The notes beneath the pieces were generated by a model, which was not told the origin of the DNA, searched no databases, and saw only the letters and a program-made list of their open reading frames with translations. Source: Alphaproteobacteria bacterium (GTDB lineage: Bacteria > Pseudomonadota > Alphaproteobacteria > Bin95). From it: DNA of 64,000 bases. The position numbers were made by a program, and so were the translations under genes. Position 1 is the stretch's first letter; each line of letters opens with the position of its first letter. Below, one piece after another: positions 59,539-64,000 of the stretch. The stretch spans positions 1,760,001 through 1,824,000 of the forward strand of contig OZ219787.1 in NCBI GenBank assembly GCA_964291285.2, read 5' to 3'.

Positions 59539-59665
59539 TTTGAGGCAGGCCGAGGCTGTTTCCCGTCGGACGGGCAACGAAACGCCCGACAAGTCCGATT
59601 TCTTCACACGCCCGCAAGCGGGGGGGGGAGGTTTCCGGCGGCCGGCGGCATCGGGTCCGCCGGTA

Positions 59666-59839
59666 TCAGCCGGATGCGGCGACGAGGCCGACGATGAACC
59701 CGATCACGCCGATGACGGTGATGACGGCTCCGCCGACCCTGGCCTGGAGGCCGTCATCCGCCCCGAATCCGATCCGCATGGCGACGATGCCCAGTATCGC
59801 GACCAGGGCGGACATGACCAGACCGAGTGCGGTGCCCAT
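59666..59839 (-). CDS. Small two-TM membrane protein (57 aa), not in the ORF track
   Basis: AAAGGAA RBS; MGTALGLVMSALVAILGIVAMRIGFGADDGLQARVGGAVITVIGVIGFIVGLVAASG; mostly GC-ending codons. Confidence 0.7.
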   Translation of the reverse strand: MGTALGLVMSALVAILGIVAMRIGFGADDGLQARVGGAVITVIGVIGFIVGLVAASG

Positions 59840-59862
59840 CGGGTGTTCCTTTGCCTTGCGCC

Positions 59863-60717
59863 CTACTGCGCCGACATGCCCCTGAGCCGTTCGGAGCGTC
59901 GCCGCAGCAGTTCGACGGTGGTCAGCAGGCAGATCGAGATGACCACGAGGATGGTCGCGACGGCGAGGATCGTCGGGCTGATCTGCTCGCGCAGGCCGGT
60001 GAACATCTGCCAGGGGAGTGTCTTCTGGCCGGCGGAGCCGACGAACAGCACCACGACCACCTCGTCGAAGGAGGTGATGAAGGCGAAGAGGCCGCCGGAG
60101 ATCACGCCGGGCAGGATCAGCGGCGCCTGCACCTTGAAGAAGGTCCGGACCGGATTGGCGCCGAGATTGGCGGCGGCGCGCGTCAGGCTCCGGTCGAAGC
60201 CGACCAGCGTCGCCGTCACCGTGATGATGACGAACGGGATGCCGAGCGCCGCATGGGCCAGCACGACACCGACATAGGTGCCCTGGAGGCCGATGCGCGA
60301 ATAGAAGAAATACATGCCGGCCGCGGAGATGATGAGCGGCACGATCATCGGCGAGATCAGCACCGCCATGATCGCGCCCCGGAACGGCACATGGCTCTGC
60401 GACAGGCCGATGGCGGCGAGCGTGCCGAGGCTCACCGAAAGCAGGGTCGCGACAGGCGCGATCCGCACGGAATTGTAGAGCGCGTTCTGCCAGTCGATGT
60501 TGGTAAAGAAGTCGTTGTAATTCACCATGCTGTAGGCGTCGGCCTCAAGAGCCAGCATTCCCGGCGTGAAGGTGAAATAGGGAAGCGGGTTGAAGCTGAG
60601 CGGGACGATGACCAGCAGGGGGAAGATCAGGAAGAAGAAGACGAGCACGCAGATGGCCCGGAAGCCCCAGTACCAGGCCTTCTGGCCGGTCGATGCATAT
60701 GGCGGCAGTGCGGCCAT
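59863..60717 (-). CDS. Polyamine-type ABC permease (PotC-like)
   Basis: PLLVIVPLSF, SPMIVP, AAANLGANP, SFDEVV, TLP. Confidence 0.9.
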   Translation of the reverse strand: MAALPPYASTGQKAWYWGFRAICVLVFFFLIFPLLVIVPLSFNPLPYFTFTPGMLALEADAYSMVNYNDFFTNIDWQNALYNSVRIAPVATLLSVSLGTLAAIGLSQSHVPFRGAIMAVLISPMIVPLIISAAGMYFFYSRIGLQGTYVGVVLAHAALGIPFVIITVTATLVGFDRSLTRAAANLGANPVRTFFKVQAPLILPGVISGGLFAFITSFDEVVVVLFVGSAGQKTLPWQMFTGLREQISPTILAVATILVVISICLLTTVELLRRRSERLRGMSAQ

Positions 60718-60722
60718 GTCCG

Positions 60723-61991
60723 CTATCCCAGCTTCACATTGTCGATGCCGACGATCCGGTCGTAGAGCCAGTAGAGGACCAGCACGACCACCAGCAGGAT
60801 GACGCCCAGCGCCGCGGCGAGGCCCCAATTGAGGCTCGACGAGATGTGGTAGGCGATCCGGTTGGAAATGAAGGTGCCCGAGGTGCCGCCGACCAGTTCG
60901 GGCGTGATGTAGTAGCCGATGGCGAGGATGAAGACGAGGATCGAGCCGGCGCCGATGCCGGGCACGCTCTGCGGGAAATAGACCCGCCAGAACGCGGTCC
61001 AGTCCGTTGCGCCGAGCGACTTGGCGGCGCGCATGTAGCTCGGCGGGATCGTGCGCATCACCGAGTAGAGCGGCAGGATCATGAACGGCAGCAGGATATG
61101 CGTCATCGCGATGATCGTGCCGGTCTGGTTGTTGATCATCGCCAGCCGCCCGTCATCGGCGACGAGGCCTATGAAGACCAGCGTGTCGTTGATGACGCCC
61201 TGTTGCTGAAGCAGCACCTTCCAGGCGGAGGTGCGGACCAGCAGCGAGGTCCAGAACGGCAGCAGCACCAGGATCATCAGCATGTTCGAGGTGCGCATCG
61301 GCAGCGTGGCCAGCAGGAACGCGACCGGGTAGCCGATCAGCAGGCAGGCGACCGTGATGACGACGCTCAGCAGCAAAGTGCGCTCGAACAGGAAGATGTA
61401 GATCCGTTCGTTCTCGGGCCTCGCCTCAATGCCGGTTGCGCCGAGCTTGGCATCGACGGCGTTGAGGAAATAGCCGGACGTGTAGGCGCTCGAAAACCGC
61501 TTGATCGTGGCCCAGGTCTCGGGATCGGCCCAGCTTTTGTGGATCTTGGCGAACTGCGCGGCGAGGTCGCCGTCCTCCTCCATCCTCTTGACCCGCCGCC
61601 CGGTCTTGCGCAGCAGGCTGGCGACTCCCGTCTGCTCGTAGTTGAGCCGGGAGCCGAGCTTGGTATGCGCCTTGGCGGCGACCGCGGCGAGCAGGTCCTG
61701 GTGAAGAGCGGCGAAGACCTTTTCGCCCGGCGGTTGGCCGGAGGCGTCGTCCCAGTCCTCCAGCGCCGCGACGGTGAGCGGCAGCGTATCCGGCACGATC
61801 GCGTTCTCGACCGAACGGAACAGCATGTCCGCGATCGGCGCTGCGAAGGTGACCAGGATGAAGATCAGCAGCGGCGCGATCAGCATGAGCGCGCGCAGCT
61901 TCTGCAGGCGGAGCGCGCGGGCGAGCGACTGCCTCAGCGGCCGGCCGTCTGCCGCCAGGATCGGCCCCGAGACGTTTTCGCCGTTCGCCAT
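60723..61991 (-). CDS. Polyamine-type ABC permease (PotB-like, with periplasmic insertion)
   Basis: GYPVA, LPFWTSLLVR, LPFMILPLY, AAKSLGA, GYYITPELVGG. Confidence 0.9.
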   Translation of the reverse strand: MANGENVSGPILAADGRPLRQSLARALRLQKLRALMLIAPLLIFILVTFAAPIADMLFRSVENAIVPDTLPLTVAALEDWDDASGQPPGEKVFAALHQDLLAAVAAKAHTKLGSRLNYEQTGVASLLRKTGRRVKRMEEDGDLAAQFAKIHKSWADPETWATIKRFSSAYTSGYFLNAVDAKLGATGIEARPENERIYIFLFERTLLLSVVITVACLLIGYPVAFLLATLPMRTSNMLMILVLLPFWTSLLVRTSAWKVLLQQQGVINDTLVFIGLVADDGRLAMINNQTGTIIAMTHILLPFMILPLYSVMRTIPPSYMRAAKSLGATDWTAFWRVYFPQSVPGIGAGSILVFILAIGYYITPELVGGTSGTFISNRIAYHISSSLNWGLAAALGVILLVVVLVLYWLYDRIVGIDNVKLG

Positions 61992-62029
61992 TGGACCCCG
62001 CGCGCCCTCTCTCGAAGGCCGGAAAGGGT

Positions 62030-62051
62030 GGAGGGGCCCCGGGGCCCCTCC
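62030..62051 (-). terminator. Hairpin downstream of the PotD-like gene
   Basis: GGAGGGGCCCC/GGGGCCCCTCC perfect palindrome. Confidence 0.6.
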
Positions 62052-62063
62052 TTCAGGACGCCT

Positions 62064-63161
62064 CTACTTGGCGAGCCAGGTCTGGAACTTCGCGTCGATG
62101 TCGTCGCGATAGTCCGCCCAGAACTCGTAGTTGTAGAGCAGCGTATTGCTCATGTTGCTCGGCTCGTTCGGCATGTGCGGGGCCATGTCGATGCCGAGCG
62201 TCGCGTGCTTGCCCACCAACGGCGCCGAAGACGCGCGCGCCGGACCGTAGGAGATGAATTTCGCCTGGTCCGCAAGGCGCTGGGTGTCGGTGGCGAAGTT
62301 GAGATAGTGCAGCGCGCGCTTCTTGCGCTCGTCGCTCAGGTTCGCCGGGACGATCCACCCGTCGAGGTCGAACACCTGGCCGTCCCAAAGCATGGCGACC
62401 GGTTGCTTGTCCTCTTCGATGAGCTTGAACAGGCGCCCGTTATAGGTCGAGCCGATCACGACCTCGCCGTCCGCCAGGAGCTGCGGCGTATCCGCGCCGG
62501 CGGACCACCACACGACCTGGTCCTTGATGGTGTCGAGCTTGGCGAAGGCGCGCGCCTGGCCTTCCTCGGTCGCCAGCAGGTCGTAAATGTCCGCCATGGC
62601 GACGCCGTCGCACATCAGCGCCCATTCCATGTTGTTGATCGGGCGCTTCTCGAGGCTGCGCTTGCCCGGATAGTTCTCCAGGTCGAACACGGCGCAGACA
62701 TCCTTGGGCGGCGTGTCGCCCACCATGTCGGTGCGGTAGCCGAAGGTCGTCGAATAAACGATCTGCGGGATGAAGCAGGGCGTCACGAGGAAGTCGCCGA
62801 AATCCTTGGACGCGGGCGTGCCGTCGGGCGCCGCCGCCAGCATCGAGTCCACGTCGACTTCCATCGCGAGGCCTTCGTCGCAAAGCCGGATGGCGTCCGA
62901 GGCGACCACATCGACCACGTCCCAGGTCGTGTTGCCCGCTTCTGCCATGGCGCGAAGCTTGGCGACCGCTTCCGCCGCGCTTTCATCGTTGATGATGTTT
63001 ACGCCCGGATTCATTTCCATGTACGGCTTGTGGTAGGCGTTCATCTGGGACGCCGAGTAGGCCCCGCCCCAGGACACGATGGTCATGTCCTCCGCCTGCG
63101 CCGCGCCGGCCATCGCCGCGGAGGCGACTGCGCCGGCTGCAAGGAAAGTTCTGAGTCTCAT
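62064..63161 (-). CDS. Polyamine-type ABC substrate-binding protein (PotD/PotF-like)
   Basis: Signal peptide AQA-E, VSWGGAY, WDVVD, DLENYPGKR, QLLADGEV, YNGR. Confidence 0.9.
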   Translation of the reverse strand: MRLRTFLAAGAVASAAMAGAAQAEDMTIVSWGGAYSASQMNAYHKPYMEMNPGVNIINDESAAEAVAKLRAMAEAGNTTWDVVDVVASDAIRLCDEGLAMEVDVDSMLAAAPDGTPASKDFGDFLVTPCFIPQIVYSTTFGYRTDMVGDTPPKDVCAVFDLENYPGKRSLEKRPINNMEWALMCDGVAMADIYDLLATEEGQARAFAKLDTIKDQVVWWSAGADTPQLLADGEVVIGSTYNGRLFKLIEEDKQPVAMLWDGQVFDLDGWIVPANLSDERKKRALHYLNFATDTQRLADQAKFISYGPARASSAPLVGKHATLGIDMAPHMPNEPSNMSNTLLYNYEFWADYRDDIDAKFQTWLAK

Positions 63162-63242
63162 GTGGCGTTCTCCCTTGTTTACCACTCGTTCAGTCCAGTC
63201 GCGGCGTAACGGGGAGACAGCGGCGCCGCCCCCGTTTTCGGG

Positions 63243-64000
63243 TCACGCCGCATCCAACGCTCTACAATCGTTGGTGAGCCATCCTATGGGGGTTGTTTCA
63301 CCCACCCTCAGCATTGAGTGCTTGGCGGAATTCGGGATCTTGACGATGAAGTCGTCCCGCCCGGCGACCTCCATCCGGCAGCGGATGTGATCCCCCAGAT
63401 AGATCAGTTCGACGACCCTGCCCTGGAGCTGGTTCGGCGCCGAGGGTTCGGCGATCAGCACGCGTTCGGGCCGGATCGACAACATCGTCCGGAAACCGAC
63501 CCCCTGGCAGTTGACCGCCAGCGCGCCGATCTCCTCGGCCCCGTCCAGATGGACGCGCGCTTCCTTGTCCGCAAACGCCGTTACCATGCCGTCGAGCTTG
63601 TTGTTCTCGCCGATGAACTGCGCCACGAAAGCGTTTTCGGGCCTCTCGTAGAGGTCTTCCGGGGTCGCGAGCTGCTGGATCACGCCGTCGTTGAAGACCG
63701 CGATCCGGTCGGACATCGTCAGGGCTTCCGACTGGTCATGCGTGACATAGACGACGGTGACGCCCAGCCGCTCGTGCAGGTGCTTGATTTCGTACTGCAT
63801 ATGTTCGCGCAGCTGCTTGTCGAGCGCTCCCAGCGGCTCGTCCATCAAAACGAGGTCGGGTTCGAACACCAGGGCGCGCGCCAGCGCCACGCGCTGCTGC
63901 TGGCCGCCGGAAAGCTGGGCCGGCCGGCGCCCCGCGAACTCGGTGCCGCCCATCTGGACCATGTCCAGCGCGCGCTCAACTTTCTCCTGCACTTCCGCGC
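63243..64000 (-). CDS. Polyamine-type ABC ATP-binding protein (PotA-like), 5' end outside the window
   Basis: [38 protein letters not shown] domain. Confidence 0.9.
   Translation of the reverse strand, partial: AEVQEKVERALDMVQMGGTEFAGRRPAQLSGGQQQRVALARALVFEPDLVLMDEPLGALDKQLREHMQYEIKHLHERLGVTVVYVTHDQSEALTMSDRIAVFNDGVIQQLATPEDLYERPENAFVAQFIGENNKLDGMVTAFADKEARVHLDGAEEIGALAVNCQGVGFRTMLSIRPERVLIAEPSAPNQLQGRVVELIYLGDHIRCRMEVAGRDDFIVKIPNSAKHSMLRVGETTPIGWLTNDCRALDAA

Overview
High-GC window from an alphaproteobacterium, most likely Rhodospirillales-like. The assignment rests on the rpsB-tsf-pyrH-frr-uppS-cdsA-dxr-rseP-bamA-skp-fabZ-lpxA-lpxI cluster, which carries the alpha-type LpxI, and on an alpha-type LexA box. 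The rest is catabolic and transport genes: three Fe(II)/2-oxoglutarate dioxygenases, SDRs, two atypical thiolase-DUF35 pairs, acyl-CoA enzymes, a xanthine-dehydrogenase-family molybdoenzyme with MoaD, two Dpp/Opp ABC clusters, a TAXI-TRAP system, a polyamine-type ABC system and pyrB-pyrC'. The most unusual signal lies in five small accessory intergenic islands (about 4.8-5.4, 7.3-7.9, 29.4-29.9, 54.2-54.9 and 58.3-59.7 kb) that share motifs. (1) A perfect GTTC-N7-GTTC SOS box sits over a promoter that reads through an ATG-ACC-TGA minigene into an IS630 orfA-like, HTH-only gene with no DDE domain, bracketed by REP-like palindromes. (2) The same promoter-plus-AGGCCATGACCTGA module recurs at 29.8 kb. 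(3) A helically phased array of five CATGACA heptamers lies at 54.66-54.72 kb. Also present: a repeat-associated, Cys-rich secreted mini-protein with tendamistat-like spacing, an internally deleted Fic gene, a 61-bp duplication/insertion that breaks a 2-hydroxyacid dehydrogenase, and no lpxD or lpxB in the lipid A cluster. No rRNA, tRNA or CRISPR array was recognised. All product calls come from motif recognition only; no database search was run.
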